The notes under the pieces are model-generated. The model worked only from the letters and a program-made list of their open reading frames with translations, was not told the DNA's origin and ran no database searches. Below are positions 30,167 to 40,175 of a stretch of 50,624 nucleotides of DNA, piece by piece. Made by a program: the position numbers and the translations under genes. Source of the DNA: an uncultured Spartobacteria bacterium (lineage in GTDB: Bacteria > Verrucomicrobiota > Verrucomicrobiia > Chthoniobacterales > UBA6821); NCBI GenBank assembly GCA_903847935.1, contig CAINEX010000019.1, forward strand, positions 1 through 50,624, written 5' to 3'. Position 1 is the stretch's first letter; every line of letters starts with the position of its first letter.

Positions 30167-30442
30167 TCAGCTGGGGCGGTTGCCTTTGCTAAGTATCTGT
30201 TTGTTTTGGCTTGGAGTGGAGGACTGGGGAAGTCGTTGGATGATTGTTCCTTGATTCAGGTCATAGGGAGAAATGTTGATCACTACATGGTCTCCTGCGG
30301 CGATGCGTGTGAACTTCAAACGCAACCGTCCGGAAACCGTAGCCAACATTCTTCTGCCGCCGGCCAACTCCACACGGAAGCTGGCCATGGACAATCTTTC
30401 TACGACTAGGGCCGTCTGTTTTAGACTATTGGGGGAAGCCAT
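30167..30442 (-). CDS. infA: Translation initiation factor IF-1 (divergent)
   Basis: FRVEL, SGRLR, GD.V....SPYDL motifs; position between map and rpmJ. Confidence 0.82.
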   Translation of the reverse strand: MASPNSLKQTALVVERLSMASFRVELAGGRRMLATVSGRLRLKFTRIAAGDHVVINISPYDLNQGTIIQRLPQSSTPSQNKQILSKGNRPS

Positions 30443-31185
30443 GTCAACACCTCTGGTTCATTTTCCGTAATTAAAACCGTATGCTCAAAATGAGCTGAAG
30501 GCTTCCCATCTGATGTCACCACTGTCCATCCGTCTTCCAGGATGCGTACTCCCTCCCCCCCGAGATTAATCATTGGCTCGATGGCAAGCGTCATGCCTGC
30601 ACGAAGTTTCGGTCCGGTGCCACATTTGCCATAGTTGGGAATCTGCGGCTCTTCATGAAGTTTACGACCGACTCCGTGACCCACGAATTCCTTGACAACA
30701 CTGAAGCCCTCCCGTAAGGCCTCGCTTTCGATATGGTGGGACAGATCCCCCAACCTGCGGCCTGCAACCGCGAAGGGAATTGCGCTTTCAAGAATGCGCT
30801 TGGTCGCGAGGCAGAGACGTTCTGTTTCGGGGGCGACGGCACCGCAAAACACAGTGGTCGCGGTGTCACCGATCCAGCCATTCAGAATCACCCCGACATC
30901 AATCTTTACGATATCCCCATATGCAAGACGCCGTAATCCACCGATCCCATGCACCACTTCCTCGTTAACCGAAAGGCAGGTCTGTCCCGGAAAGTTCCGA
31001 TATCCAAGAAAGGCACTGCGACATCCCAATTCGGCCATCCACTCGGCAGCTTTTGAATCAAGCTCCCCGGTTGTGATCCCGGGCTCAACAAGTGGAGTGA
31101 GACGTGAGAGGACGGTTGCCGCGGCGCGCCCCGAGGCTCTCATTTTTTCGATTTCGGCGGGGGTTTTGATCGGGATCTGTGCCAT
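30421..31185 (-). CDS. map: Type I methionine aminopeptidase
   Basis: SVNEEVVHGI, GHGVG..LHE, AIEPM, SAHFEHT. Confidence 0.96.
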   Translation of the reverse strand: MAQIPIKTPAEIEKMRASGRAAATVLSRLTPLVEPGITTGELDSKAAEWMAELGCRSAFLGYRNFPGQTCLSVNEEVVHGIGGLRRLAYGDIVKIDVGVILNGWIGDTATTVFCGAVAPETERLCLATKRILESAIPFAVAGRRLGDLSHHIESEALREGFSVVKEFVGHGVGRKLHEEPQIPNYGKCGTGPKLRAGMTLAIEPMINLGGEGVRILEDGWTVVTSDGKPSAHFEHTVLITENEPEVLTWLPPIV

Positions 31186-31215
31186 GAAAATTCAAGATAA
31201 AAATAAGGTGCTGTA

Positions 31216-31869
31216 CTACGCGTCCACAAGGTTGCGGGCCAAAGAAGCGAAAACCTCATCACTCCCATGAGCTGCATTGATGCGGCAAAGGAGCTTGGGA
31301 AAGTTTTCCTCGTAATACGCAATGACGGGCTCTGTCTGATTCCTAAAGACCTCAAGACGCTTGTCAAGCGCCTCAGCGTTATCGTCATTTCGTCGAACCA
31401 ATGGGGAAGCGCATCGCGGACATGCATCGCCCGCGGATAAATCGTGAAGCGTGGCGCCAAAGGTCGCCCCGCACTTGATGCAGGAAAGACGATCGCTGAT
31501 GCGACGGCGTATTTCACTCTCTGGGAGTTCAAGAAGAACAATCAGGTCCAGCGACGAGTGAAGTGCTTTTAAAGCGGAGTCCAGATAAACAGCCTGGCGG
31601 ACCGTTCTGGGAAATCCGTCGAAGATGAATGATTGGCCGTGCTCCGCCATCCAGAGAGAGACGATGCGAACCACCAGATCGTCCGGGACCAACTGTCCTT
31701 TGCTTGTCCACATGTCGGCTTCGCGTCCAAGTGGCGTTCCCTTCTCAGATTCGGAGCGGAGTAAAGCTCCGGTGGATACGTGGGGGATGGCGTAGGCCGA
31801 TGAGATGTGATCGGCCTGCGTTCCCTTGCCCGAGGCCGGTGGGCCCAACAGGACAATCCTTTTTTTCAC
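31216..31869 (-). CDS. adk: Adenylate kinase
   Basis: GPPASGKGTQ P-loop, DGFPRT, zinc LID CxxC...CxxC. Confidence 0.95.
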   Translation of the reverse strand: MKKRIVLLGPPASGKGTQADHISSAYAIPHVSTGALLRSESEKGTPLGREADMWTSKGQLVPDDLVVRIVSLWMAEHGQSFIFDGFPRTVRQAVYLDSALKALHSSLDLIVLLELPESEIRRRISDRLSCIKCGATFGATLHDLSAGDACPRCASPLVRRNDDNAEALDKRLEVFRNQTEPVIAYYEENFPKLLCRINAAHGSDEVFASLARNLVDA

Positions 31870-31874
31870 TCCGA

Positions 31875-33377
31875 TCAGCGGTGAGTGCTCACGTAGGCTG
31901 CCAGTCCCGCGATCACAAACAAACCGATGGCAGCGACGATCTTCACGATGGTCGCGTCACTGATGGCGGAACCGCTGATGCTTGGACGTGGACCGCTGCG
32001 TCCGCGTATTTTTCCCTTACGCAGGAATCCGTCGTAATGCCTCTGGAGCAGGAATGTTTCAACCTGCCTCATGGTGTCTAGGCAAACACCAACGATAATG
32101 AGGAGACCTGTTCCACCAAAGAACTGCGCGGCCATGTAAGGAACCTGAAGGGCACGACTCAGCAACTGGGGAAGAATGGCGATGACAACAAGGAAGACAG
32201 CTCCCGCAAAAGTGAGGCGACCCATGGTGTAATCAAGAAAATCTGCGGTCGGCTTTCCGGGACGGACTCCGGGAATGAAGCCACCATACTTTTTAAGATC
32301 ATCTGCGATCTGGGCGGGTTGAAACTGCGTGGCAACCCAGAAATAGCTGAAACTAAAGATGAGAAGTGCGTAGAGAGCATAATGCAGCCACCCATTGGTC
32401 AGCAGATTTGCCAACTCAACGGCCCACGCCTTGTGTCCAAACGCCATGTTGAGAATTGTGGAGGGGAAAAGCAGGATGGCCTGCGCAAAGATGATCGGCA
32501 TCACACCTGCATAATTTACCTTGAGGGGCATGTACTGTGTCTGACCGCCATAAACTTTTCTGCCGACAACACGTTTGGCATACTGAACGCTGATACGTCT
32601 TGTTGCCTGAGTGACGGCAATCACAGAGGCGATGACGATAAAGAGGAAGGCGCAGAGGATAACAAGAACCACCGGACTCACCGTTGAGGCCTCCCCACCG
32701 GTCGGAACAAAAGTTCTCCAAGCCTGGACAAGTCCGGCTGGCAATTGGGCAAGAATACCAATCGTAATGATTACTGAGATACCGTTACCAATGCCCCTTT
32801 CCGTGATTTGATCCCCGATCCACATCAAAAAGAGAGTGCCCGCGGACATGATCAGCACGGTCAGGAGCCTGGAAGGAATGCCTGGATCAGAAACAAGGGG
32901 AATACCCATACGGGCAATCGTGTCCGAAATTCCGGGAAGGAAGGGATTGGACTGCGGGCTCTCGAAGGAAATTGCAAGCAACCATCCTTGAAAGACACAG
33001 AGTGCGATGGTTGTGTACCTAGTATACTGGGCTATTTTTTGACGACCGCCATCTTCACGGGCAAGTCTCCCCAATTTCGGGATAACCGCCCCCAGCAACT
33101 GGAGCATGATGGAGGCACTGATGTAGGGCATGATGCCAAGGGAAAAAATGGCGCAATTTCCAAGCGCTCCTCCGGAAAAGAGATTGAAAAGTGCCGCCGC
33201 TCCACCACCCGCACTATGATCGGCTACATTAAGGAACCACTCTCTGAGAACCTGAGCATTGACACCTGGCGTGGTGATCGCCGCCCCAATTCTCATGATG
33301 ACGATCATTCCCAGGGTGAAAAGCACCCTAGTCCTCAACTCGGGTATCTTGAAGATGTTGGCGAAGGCCGAAATCAT
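31875..33377 (-). CDS. secY: Preprotein translocase SecY
   Basis: LGIMPYISASI, GIGNGIS, AGVMPIIFA, IPGVRPG, GGTGLLI. Confidence 0.98.
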   Translation of the reverse strand: MISAFANIFKIPELRTRVLFTLGMIVIMRIGAAITTPGVNAQVLREWFLNVADHSAGGGAAALFNLFSGGALGNCAIFSLGIMPYISASIMLQLLGAVIPKLGRLAREDGGRQKIAQYTRYTTIALCVFQGWLLAISFESPQSNPFLPGISDTIARMGIPLVSDPGIPSRLLTVLIMSAGTLFLMWIGDQITERGIGNGISVIITIGILAQLPAGLVQAWRTFVPTGGEASTVSPVVLVILCAFLFIVIASVIAVTQATRRISVQYAKRVVGRKVYGGQTQYMPLKVNYAGVMPIIFAQAILLFPSTILNMAFGHKAWAVELANLLTNGWLHYALYALLIFSFSYFWVATQFQPAQIADDLKKYGGFIPGVRPGKPTADFLDYTMGRLTFAGAVFLVVIAILPQLLSRALQVPYMAAQFFGGTGLLIIVGVCLDTMRQVETFLLQRHYDGFLRKGKIRGRSGPRPSISGSAISDATIVKIVAAIGLFVIAGLAAYVSTHR

Positions 33378-33417
33378 AAGAGTTACCCCTTCCGATAGTG
33401 GGCTGTCAGGGTATCAA

Positions 33418-33933
33418 CTAAGCCGCCTTTACGGCGGACCTAGGTGACTCTTTGAGAAGTGCCCTGACGGCAATTTTGGTCTGGCGCTCCCTAAGCACAA
33501 GCGTACCCCCTGCTTTCTCAAGCTTTTCCCTTGCTGCTGCACTGGCCTTATCAACCTCGACGGTGAAGGATTTCGTCACAGCACCACGCGCAAGCAGCTT
33601 AATTCCATCATTGCGACCATGAACAAGACGGAGTGATCTCAAAGCCTTTTCATCAATTTTTGCACCTGCTTCGAAGCGCTCTTCAAGGGTGTCAAGATTG
33701 ATCACCGCATAGACTGGCTTGAAATCGGTGTTGTTGAATCCACGCTTGGGAAGACGGCGGATCAGGGGCATCTGTCCGCCTTCGAAACCAAGGCGCACAC
33801 TGCCACCAGAACGGGCACGTTGCCCCTTGTGGCCACGACCGGATGTTTTCCCATGGCCGCTACTTTCTCCGATTCCAAGGCGTTTACGGCGATGCTTGGC
33901 ACCCGGGCGGGGGGCAAGATTGTGAAGTCGCAT
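33418..33933 (-). CDS. rplO: 50S ribosomal protein L15
   Basis: GKTSGRGHKGQRARSG, FEGGQMPL.RRLPKRGF. Confidence 0.97.
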   Translation of the reverse strand: MRLHNLAPRPGAKHRRKRLGIGESSGHGKTSGRGHKGQRARSGGSVRLGFEGGQMPLIRRLPKRGFNNTDFKPVYAVINLDTLEERFEAGAKIDEKALRSLRLVHGRNDGIKLLARGAVTKSFTVEVDKASAAAREKLEKAGGTLVLRERQTKIAVRALLKESPRSAVKAA

Positions 33934-33970
33934 AGTTGTCATTTAAAGAATCCTGTTAAGCTTGAAGATA

Positions 33971-34525
33971 TTAAGCGGCGATAGGCTCAGATTTTACGGG
34001 ATCATGAAATTTCTTACCGCGAAGTTTCATGATTTCGCTCTTGGGGCGAAGACTGGTCAGAGCAGCAAGTGTCGCTTTGACAACGTTGGAATGATTGCTG
34101 GATCCCAAGGACTTCGCAAGAACGTCACGAATTCCAGCTGCTTCGATCACGGCTCTCACCCCGCCTCCGGCGATCACCCCCGTACCGGGAGATGCAGGAC
34201 GCAAAAGAACACGGCCGCCGCCAAATTCACCGAAGGTCTCATGAGGAATCGTATTGTCAGCAATCGAAACAGGAACCATCGCCTTACGCGCCGCCTCCGA
34301 TCCCTTGCGGATTGCTTCGCTCACCTCATTGGCTTTTCCGAATCCGATGCCTACACGGCCTTTCATGTCACCGGTGACGATTAGTGCGCTGAAACTGAAA
34401 CGGCGACCACCTTTTACAACCTTTGAGCATCGGTTGATGAAGACAACTTTCTCAATAGTATCCTTTGGCGTATCATCAACTGGTTTGTCACGGCGTGTTC
34501 CGCGTTTGGGGCGTTTGTCATCCAT
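33971..34525 (-). CDS. rpsE: 30S ribosomal protein S5
   Basis: [23 protein letters not shown]. Confidence 0.98.
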   Translation of the reverse strand: MDDKRPKRGTRRDKPVDDTPKDTIEKVVFINRCSKVVKGGRRFSFSALIVTGDMKGRVGIGFGKANEVSEAIRKGSEAARKAMVPVSIADNTIPHETFGEFGGGRVLLRPASPGTGVIAGGGVRAVIEAAGIRDVLAKSLGSSNHSNVVKATLAALTSLRPKSEIMKLRGKKFHDPVKSEPIAA

Positions 34526-34531
34526 AAAATA

Positions 34532-34888
34532 TTAGAACTGAAGTCCTCCGTCACGGGCTGCGTCAGCCAGCGCCTTGATCTTTCCATGATACATGAAACC
34601 GCCACGATCAAAAACAACCTTGGCTATGTTTTTTGCAAGACCACGCTCGGCAATTAGTTTCCCAACCTTGAGGGCTGTCGCAACATTGGCGCGGCTTGAA
34701 GCGTCTTTACGGAATGAATCCTCGGTCGTGTTGACGCTGGCAAGAGTTGCTCCCGACACGTCGTCGATGACCTGGGCGGTGATGTGCTGACCGGAAAAAT
34801 GAACCGCGAGACGTGGCCGTTCTGATGTGCCTGAAACCTTCTTGCGAAGGCGTACATGGCGTAGTTTTCTTGAATTTGTGGCTGACAT
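34532..34888 (-). CDS. rplR: 50S ribosomal protein L18
   Basis: RPRL.V, VVFDRGG..YHG.IKALADAAR. Confidence 0.97.
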   Translation of the reverse strand: MSATNSRKLRHVRLRKKVSGTSERPRLAVHFSGQHITAQVIDDVSGATLASVNTTEDSFRKDASSRANVATALKVGKLIAERGLAKNIAKVVFDRGGFMYHGKIKALADAARDGGLQF

Positions 34889-34906
34889 GGAATGTTGATG
34901 CTTCGG

Positions 34907-35446
34907 TTATTGGACTGTTTTGCCCTCTTTACGACGAACTTGCTCGTCGGAGTAGCGGATTCCCTTGCCCTTGTAAGGCTCTGGCGGGTAATACGCGCGG
35001 ATATCAGCGGCTACCTGACCAACGAGATGCTTGTCGATCCCCTCCACAGAGATCTTCGTGTTGTCGGTGACGGCAATCTTGATTTCTGACGGGATGGCAA
35101 AAAGAATGGGGTGGGAATAACCGATCGAGAGATCAAGTTTGTCCCCCTTGACAGCGGCCCTGAAGCCGACACCTTGGATTTCAAGATCCTTGCGAAAGCC
35201 TTTGGAAACTCCGGTCACCATGTTATTGAGAAGCGCCCTGCTAAGACCATGCAAGGCCCTGGTGGAACGCTCATCATTTGCCCTGGAAACCGTTAATGTT
35301 GAGCCTTCGGAAGAAATTGCGATAGCCTTGGGGAGCTCCCAAGTCAGCTTGCCCTTGGGACCCTCGACGATAACCTCATTGCTGGGAGCAACGGTTACCT
35401 TGACTTTGTCGGGGAGGGAGATGGGTGTTTTACCGATTCGTGACAT
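34907..35446 (-). CDS. rplF: 50S ribosomal protein L6
   Basis: MSRIGK start at 35446, PEPYKGKGIRY. Confidence 0.97.
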   Translation of the reverse strand: MSRIGKTPISLPDKVKVTVAPSNEVIVEGPKGKLTWELPKAIAISSEGSTLTVSRANDERSTRALHGLSRALLNNMVTGVSKGFRKDLEIQGVGFRAAVKGDKLDLSIGYSHPILFAIPSEIKIAVTDNTKISVEGIDKHLVGQVAADIRAYYPPEPYKGKGIRYSDEQVRRKEGKTVQ

Positions 35447-35459
35447 GGCGGCAGATTGG

Positions 35460-35858
35460 TTACCAGATGTAGGCGAGGAGTTCTCCTCCGACCTTTTGTT
35501 TGCGAGCATCGTGTCCGGAGAGGACACCTCTTGAAGTGGAAATGATGGAAATACCGAGCCCACCGAGGACACGGGGAATTTCCTCACTACCCACGTAACG
35601 GCGAAGACCGGGACGGCTGATACGGCGCAAACCGGCGATAGCGGAAGTCTTTCCTACATAACGCGGACGAATCTTGATGCGAGGGTGAGCCTCGGACCTG
35701 TCCAGTTCATACTCCTCTATGTACCCCTCACGTTTGAGGATCGAGACGATATCGCTCTTGATCTTGGAATAGGGTACGAAGAACTCTGTCTTTTGAACGC
35801 TGACCGCGTTACGTACTCGGGTGAGAAGGTCTGCTATGGGATCAGTAAGTGCACTCAT
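35460..35858 (-). CDS. rpsH: 30S ribosomal protein S8
   Basis: DPIADLLTR.RN, SRPGLR.Y, STSRG, GGE. Confidence 0.98.
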   Translation of the reverse strand: MSALTDPIADLLTRVRNAVSVQKTEFFVPYSKIKSDIVSILKREGYIEEYELDRSEAHPRIKIRPRYVGKTSAIAGLRRISRPGLRRYVGSEEIPRVLGGLGISIISTSRGVLSGHDARKQKVGGELLAYIW

Positions 35859-35863
35859 GGAAA

Positions 35864-36496
35864 TTATGCGGATGCGATTTCAGAAACGCTCGAGGACTCT
35901 ATCGTCTCCTCCTCTTTTTCAACTTTTTCAACTTTCTTGGCATTACGTCCGGCAAATGGCATGCCCAATTCAGTCAACAATGCCTTGGCCTCATCATTAC
36001 TCTTGGACGAAGTGACGATCGTGATGTCAAAACCGATATTTCTCTTGATTTTGTCAAGTTCCACCTCAGGGAAGATTGATTGGTCTGTAACGCCAAGGGT
36101 ATAATTTCCATTCCCGTCAAAAGCACGATTGGAGACACCACGGAAGTCACGGATCCTAGGAAGAGACATCTTGATAAGGCGCTCCAGAAACTCATACATG
36201 AGTCGTCCCCGTAGCGTCACTTTTGCACCAATTGGTTGGCCTGCACGAAGCTTGAAGTTGGAAATTGCTTTTTTCGCAATGGTCTCCACTGGTTTCTGGC
36301 CGGTGATCAGTTGGAGTTCATCCTTCGCAATTTCCAAAGCGGCCTTTACGTCAGGAGCGGATGCGATCGATGTGTTGATGACAACCTTCATTAAACGAGG
36401 CACTTGGTGGACGTTCTTGTAGCCGCGCTTCTCCTTGAGGGCGGGAATGACACGCGTGGTGTACTCGTTTTGAAGTTCTGCAATGGGCAATGACAT
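35864..36496 (-). CDS. rplE: 50S ribosomal protein L5
   Basis: ITGQKP, KVTLRG, LPRIRDFRG, FDGNGNY; acidic C-terminal tail. Confidence 0.98.
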   Translation of the reverse strand: MSLPIAELQNEYTTRVIPALKEKRGYKNVHQVPRLMKVVINTSIASAPDVKAALEIAKDELQLITGQKPVETIAKKAISNFKLRAGQPIGAKVTLRGRLMYEFLERLIKMSLPRIRDFRGVSNRAFDGNGNYTLGVTDQSIFPEVELDKIKRNIGFDITIVTSSKSNDEAKALLTELGMPFAGRNAKKVEKVEKEEETIESSSVSEIASA

Positions 36497-36508
36497 GTCG
36501 GGCTTGGG

Positions 36509-36850
36509 TTATTCGGCTTTAGGAGTCTTCTCTTTCTTTGCTGCCTTGGATGGCTTGGAGGCCTTGACTTCCTTGGGAGTGGCTGCATCAGATGATAAGC
36601 TGGCTCCTTTCTGGAGAAGTTTTACGTTGGAAATATGAAGGGGGCCCTCACGTTCGATGATGGCGCCATTGGGTTGCTCCTGTGAGCGACGGACGTGCTT
36701 CTTGATCATGCGTACGCCCTCGATCACCACCTGGTGCTTGGCACGATTGACTTGGAGAATTTTTCCCTCGGAGCCGCGATGATTTCCCGAGATGACCTTC
36801 ACGAGGTCACCTGCGTGTACGTGAGTTTTGATGAGTTGCTGTGCTGGCAT
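36509..36850 (-). CDS. rplX: 50S ribosomal protein L24
   Basis: KOW GD.VKVISG, E.P.HISNV. Confidence 0.96.
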   Translation of the reverse strand: MPAQQLIKTHVHAGDLVKVISGNHRGSEGKILQVNRAKHQVVIEGVRMIKKHVRRSQEQPNGAIIEREGPLHISNVKLLQKGASLSSDAATPKEVKASKPSKAAKKEKTPKAE

Positions 36851-36862
36851 GTTCGTAAAAAG

Positions 36863-37228
36863 CTAGAGTACCTCTGGTGCAAGCGAGACAATCTTCATGA
36901 AGTTTTTTTCACGAAGTTCACGTGCAACCGGTCCAAAAATACGAGTCCCCCGAGGATTGAGATCTTTGTCAATGATAACAATAGCATTACTATCAAAGCG
37001 CAGATAAGACCCGTCTTCCCTCCGGACAGGTTGACATGTGCGTACAACGACAGCCCTGACGACATCACCCTTTTTGACCGTACCACCGGTGGCGGCTTCC
37101 TTCACGTTGGCGGTGATGACATCCCCAACGCGGGCAACAAGGGTGCGCTTACCGATAACGCCGATCATTGTGGCCATGCGGGCACCCGTGTTGTCGGCAA
37201 CGTCAAGTCTTGAGCGAATCTGGATCAT
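36863..37228 (-). CDS. rplN: 50S ribosomal protein L14
   Basis: [26 protein letters not shown]. Confidence 0.98.
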   Translation of the reverse strand: MIQIRSRLDVADNTGARMATMIGVIGKRTLVARVGDVITANVKEAATGGTVKKGDVVRAVVVRTCQPVRREDGSYLRFDSNAIVIIDKDLNPRGTRIFGPVARELREKNFMKIVSLAPEVL

Positions 37229-37257
37229 GATGATTTGTCCTGAATAAAAATGTTGGC

Positions 37258-37542
37258 TTAGTGTCGGATCACCTCGACGAGGCGCCAGCGTTTGAGGCGA
37301 CTGAGTGGGCGAGTCTCCATGATGGAAACCCTATCACCGACCTTCGCCTCGTTCTTTTCGTCGTGCACGTGGAATTTCTTCACTTGCTTCACGATCTTGC
37401 CGAAAAGCGGATGAGGCACCCTGGTGATGGACTTGACTACGATTGTCTTGTCCATCTTGTCTGAAACAACCTCGCCAACCCGTGTTTTACGGAGTGATCG
37501 TGCGTCGTCTTGGGAAGTTATAGTGTTGGCGGTATCGTTCAT
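37258..37542 (-). CDS. rpsQ: 30S ribosomal protein S17
   Basis: [21 protein letters not shown]. Confidence 0.97.
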   Translation of the reverse strand: MNDTANTITSQDDARSLRKTRVGEVVSDKMDKTIVVKSITRVPHPLFGKIVKQVKKFHVHDEKNEAKVGDRVSIMETRPLSRLKRWRLVEVIRH

Positions 37543-37557
37543 CGTTGCGAGAATTTC

Positions 37558-37752
37558 TTACTGAGTCTTAGTCTTGGCAGTCAGCACCGTTTCTACCCTT
37601 GCAATCTCATGACGCAGGGTGCGAAGGAGATGTGGTTTTTCAAGTTGACCTGCCTGCTGCTGCAGGCGGAGATGGAAAATCTCCTGACGCAGTTCCTTCT
37701 TACGGGAAGACAACTCATTAGGGGTCAATTCGCGGATTTCGTCAAGATTCAT
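37558..37752 (-). CDS. rpmC: 50S ribosomal protein L29
   Basis: MNLDEIREL...FHLRLQ...IARVETVL; start ATG 37752; position between rplP and rpsQ. Confidence 0.93.
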   Translation of the reverse strand: MNLDEIRELTPNELSSRKKELRQEIFHLRLQQQAGQLEKPHLLRTLRHEIARVETVLTAKTKTQ

Positions 37753-37771
37753 ATTGTGTTCCGTTGATCTT

Positions 37772-38191
37772 TTAGGAGGCGTGGTGACGCGTGATGAACT
37801 TGGTGCGGATTGGAAGCTTGTTCGCTGCAAGTCGCAGCGACTCGCGGGCCACTGTCTCCGAGACACCATCAAGCTCGAAAAGGATATTTCCGGGTCGGAC
37901 AGTCGCAACCCAGTACTCAGGCTGTCCCTTTCCTTTTCCCATTCGGGTCTCGGGTGGACGTGCAGTCACGGATTTGTCGGGGAAGATTCGAATCCAGAGC
38001 TTGCCTTTGCGCTTCATGTTACGCGTCAGAGCGACACGCGCCGCCTCGATCTGGGTATTTGTGATCCAGGCGCGGTCCAAGGTCTGAAGACCAAACTCAC
38101 CGAAATCGATATTGATATTGCGGGAAGCGGTTCCCGTGCGGCTTCCACGTTGGGTCTTACGGTACTTAACTCTTTTGGGTAGCAAGGGCAT
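37772..38191 (-). CDS. rplP: 50S ribosomal protein L16
   Basis: [21 protein letters not shown]. Confidence 0.98.
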   Translation of the reverse strand: MPLLPKRVKYRKTQRGSRTGTASRNINIDFGEFGLQTLDRAWITNTQIEAARVALTRNMKRKGKLWIRIFPDKSVTARPPETRMGKGKGQPEYWVATVRPGNILFELDGVSETVARESLRLAANKLPIRTKFITRHHAS

Positions 38192-38221
38192 GATGGGTCT
38201 CCTTTATTGATCCTTTGAAAT

Positions 38222-38917
38222 TCAGGCTACGACGGGTTCGGACGCGCCGATTGATACCGGAGCGGGTGCTACATTCTTGGTTTCATCGGCCTTCTCTGGC
38301 TTTTTACAGATCCAGCACTTGACACCGATCTTACCGGCAAGCGTATCCGCCTCTGCAAATCCGTAATCAATCGTCTTTCTGAGTGTGTGAAGGGGTATGG
38401 TTCCGTTCCTGACTACCTCGGTACGGGCAATTTCCGTCCCACCAAGGCGACCGCTTGCGCGGATCTTGATACCATCTGCACCCATATCCATCGCGATTTG
38501 CATCGCCTTCTTCATGGCGCGGCGGAATCCGATACGGCGCTCAAGCTGGCCTGCAACACTTTCTGCGACAAGAGTAGCATCAAGTTCAGGTTGTTTGATT
38601 TCAATAATGTCGATCTTGGCCTGTTTGCCTCCGGCAAGTCGGGAAACTTCGCGGGTCATAGTCTCGATCTCCGATCCCTTGCGCCCAATGACTATGCCTG
38701 GACGGGCCGTGAAAATGGTTACGCGAACACTGTTCCAGGCACGCTCGATAACGATTCGGGAGACTGCCGCTGTCTTGAGCTTCTTTTTAAGCCATCCGCG
38801 GATCATCTGATCAGCGTGAAGAAAATCAGCAAACTCCTTCTCGGAGGCATACCAACGTGAAGTCCAATCCCTCGTAATGGGGAGGCGAAAGCCGATGGGG
38901 TTAACTTTTTGTCCCAT
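38222..38917 (-). CDS. rpsC: 30S ribosomal protein S3
   Basis: MGQKVNPIGFRL, RPGIVIGRKG, GRLGGTEIAR. Confidence 0.98.
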   Translation of the reverse strand: MGQKVNPIGFRLPITRDWTSRWYASEKEFADFLHADQMIRGWLKKKLKTAAVSRIVIERAWNSVRVTIFTARPGIVIGRKGSEIETMTREVSRLAGGKQAKIDIIEIKQPELDATLVAESVAGQLERRIGFRRAMKKAMQIAMDMGADGIKIRASGRLGGTEIARTEVVRNGTIPLHTLRKTIDYGFAEADTLAGKIGVKCWICKKPEKADETKNVAPAPVSIGASEPVVA

Positions 38918-38948
38918 AGAATAGTGTGTTCGTGTGAGTGGTTGGTGA

Positions 38949-39377
38949 TTAAGGCTGCTCGGTTTCGGTCAGGACAGCTGGTGTGGGTGCTGGCTTTTTA
39001 CGTCCCTTTGATGAGGCGGCTTTGTCCGCCCTTCTAACGATGGGAACTTCATCCGTAAGCACAATCCTGATATGACTGCTTCTCTTGCGAATTGGACCGG
39101 CGCTTCCCCTGGCTTTGGGACGAATACGTTTGATGGTGGGAGCTTCTCCGATCACGGCCTCCCGGATGACAAGGAGTTCAGGACGGATGTTGTTGTTATG
39201 CTCCGCATTGGCAATTGCACTCTTGAGTGTTTTTGCAATGAGGGGGGCCGCTTTTTTGGGAATGAAAGCCAGTTGCTGTAATGCGTCGATGGCTGGGAGT
39301 CCTTGGATCTCACGACTGACCTCACGGGCTTTGAAAGCTGAGATGCGCGCGTAGCGGTGGGTGGCGATGACTTGCAT
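38949..39377 (-). CDS. rplV: 50S ribosomal protein L22
   Basis: ISAFKAR, KSAIANAEHN, RPKARG, KRSSHI; start ATG 39377. Confidence 0.96.
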   Translation of the reverse strand: MQVIATHRYARISAFKAREVSREIQGLPAIDALQQLAFIPKKAAPLIAKTLKSAIANAEHNNNIRPELLVIREAVIGEAPTIKRIRPKARGSAGPIRKRSSHIRIVLTDEVPIVRRADKAASSKGRKKPAPTPAVLTETEQP

Positions 39378-39405
39378 GGGTAAGTTGGTTAAACGTGAAA
39401 AAATG

Positions 39406-40152
39406 CTATCTTGTGGTATCGATTCTGAGAGTGTCCCCGGCTTGCACCGATTCCGAAGAGTTTGAGGATTGAACAATAGCCCCGCTAATTGACTTGCGAA
39501 CATCCACCATCCGGACACTCGCAACTTGGCGGTTACCCCTCCAGACCTGAAAGGGCATTCCGATCTTGACTCCCTGATCTGCTCCAAGGTTTGAAACGAC
39601 AAGGGACATATCGGGCTTGTAATCAACGACGGAACCATTGTTCAGGCCAGACGCAGTAACTTTGGACTCCTTCTGAAGAAGGAGGGATGTGGACCGGAGA
39701 TCCTCTTCCACCCTGAGTCTTGACTTGGCATCAATCCCTTCGGAGTTCTTCAACAACCCAAGCACGGACTCGGAGAGCCTTGCAAGTTGATCCTTGGCGG
39801 CATCTTTTTCGTTTTGGAGAAGGCGGAGGTCACGAACCGCTGCGATCAGACGATCCCGCAGTTTCTGAATTCCATTATCGCCTTCCTGAAGTCCAAGGCC
39901 GAGGGCTTCTATTCTTTCATTGAGTTCCTCCGACTTGCGCTTGAAGAGCTCGGTCTCCCCGTTTGCCACTGCGAGGCTCTCGGTAAGGGCAGTGATCGTT
40001 GCCCTGGAAAGGATTAACTTCTCGCGCAAAGGTGCAACACTCCCCTCCCCCTGAGAGTCCTGGGCAACCGCTTCCGCAATCGAAAGCCCGAGAAGGGCTA
40101 CGATCGTAGCGGTTGACAGGCAACCGTTTGAAGCGTTCGTTGGCAAGGGCAT
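39406..40152 (-). CDS. Hypothetical exported coiled-coil protein inserted in the S10 operon
   Basis: 248-aa ATG ORF with signal-peptide-like N-terminus, long amphipathic helix and beta-rich C-domain; fills the rpsS-rplV gap. Confidence 0.8.
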   Translation of the reverse strand: MPLPTNASNGCLSTATIVALLGLSIAEAVAQDSQGEGSVAPLREKLILSRATITALTESLAVANGETELFKRKSEELNERIEALGLGLQEGDNGIQKLRDRLIAAVRDLRLLQNEKDAAKDQLARLSESVLGLLKNSEGIDAKSRLRVEEDLRSTSLLLQKESKVTASGLNNGSVVDYKPDMSLVVSNLGADQGVKIGMPFQVWRGNRQVASVRMVDVRKSISGAIVQSSNSSESVQAGDTLRIDTTR

Positions 40153-40175
40153 AAGGGTATGTGAGACGTGAGGAA

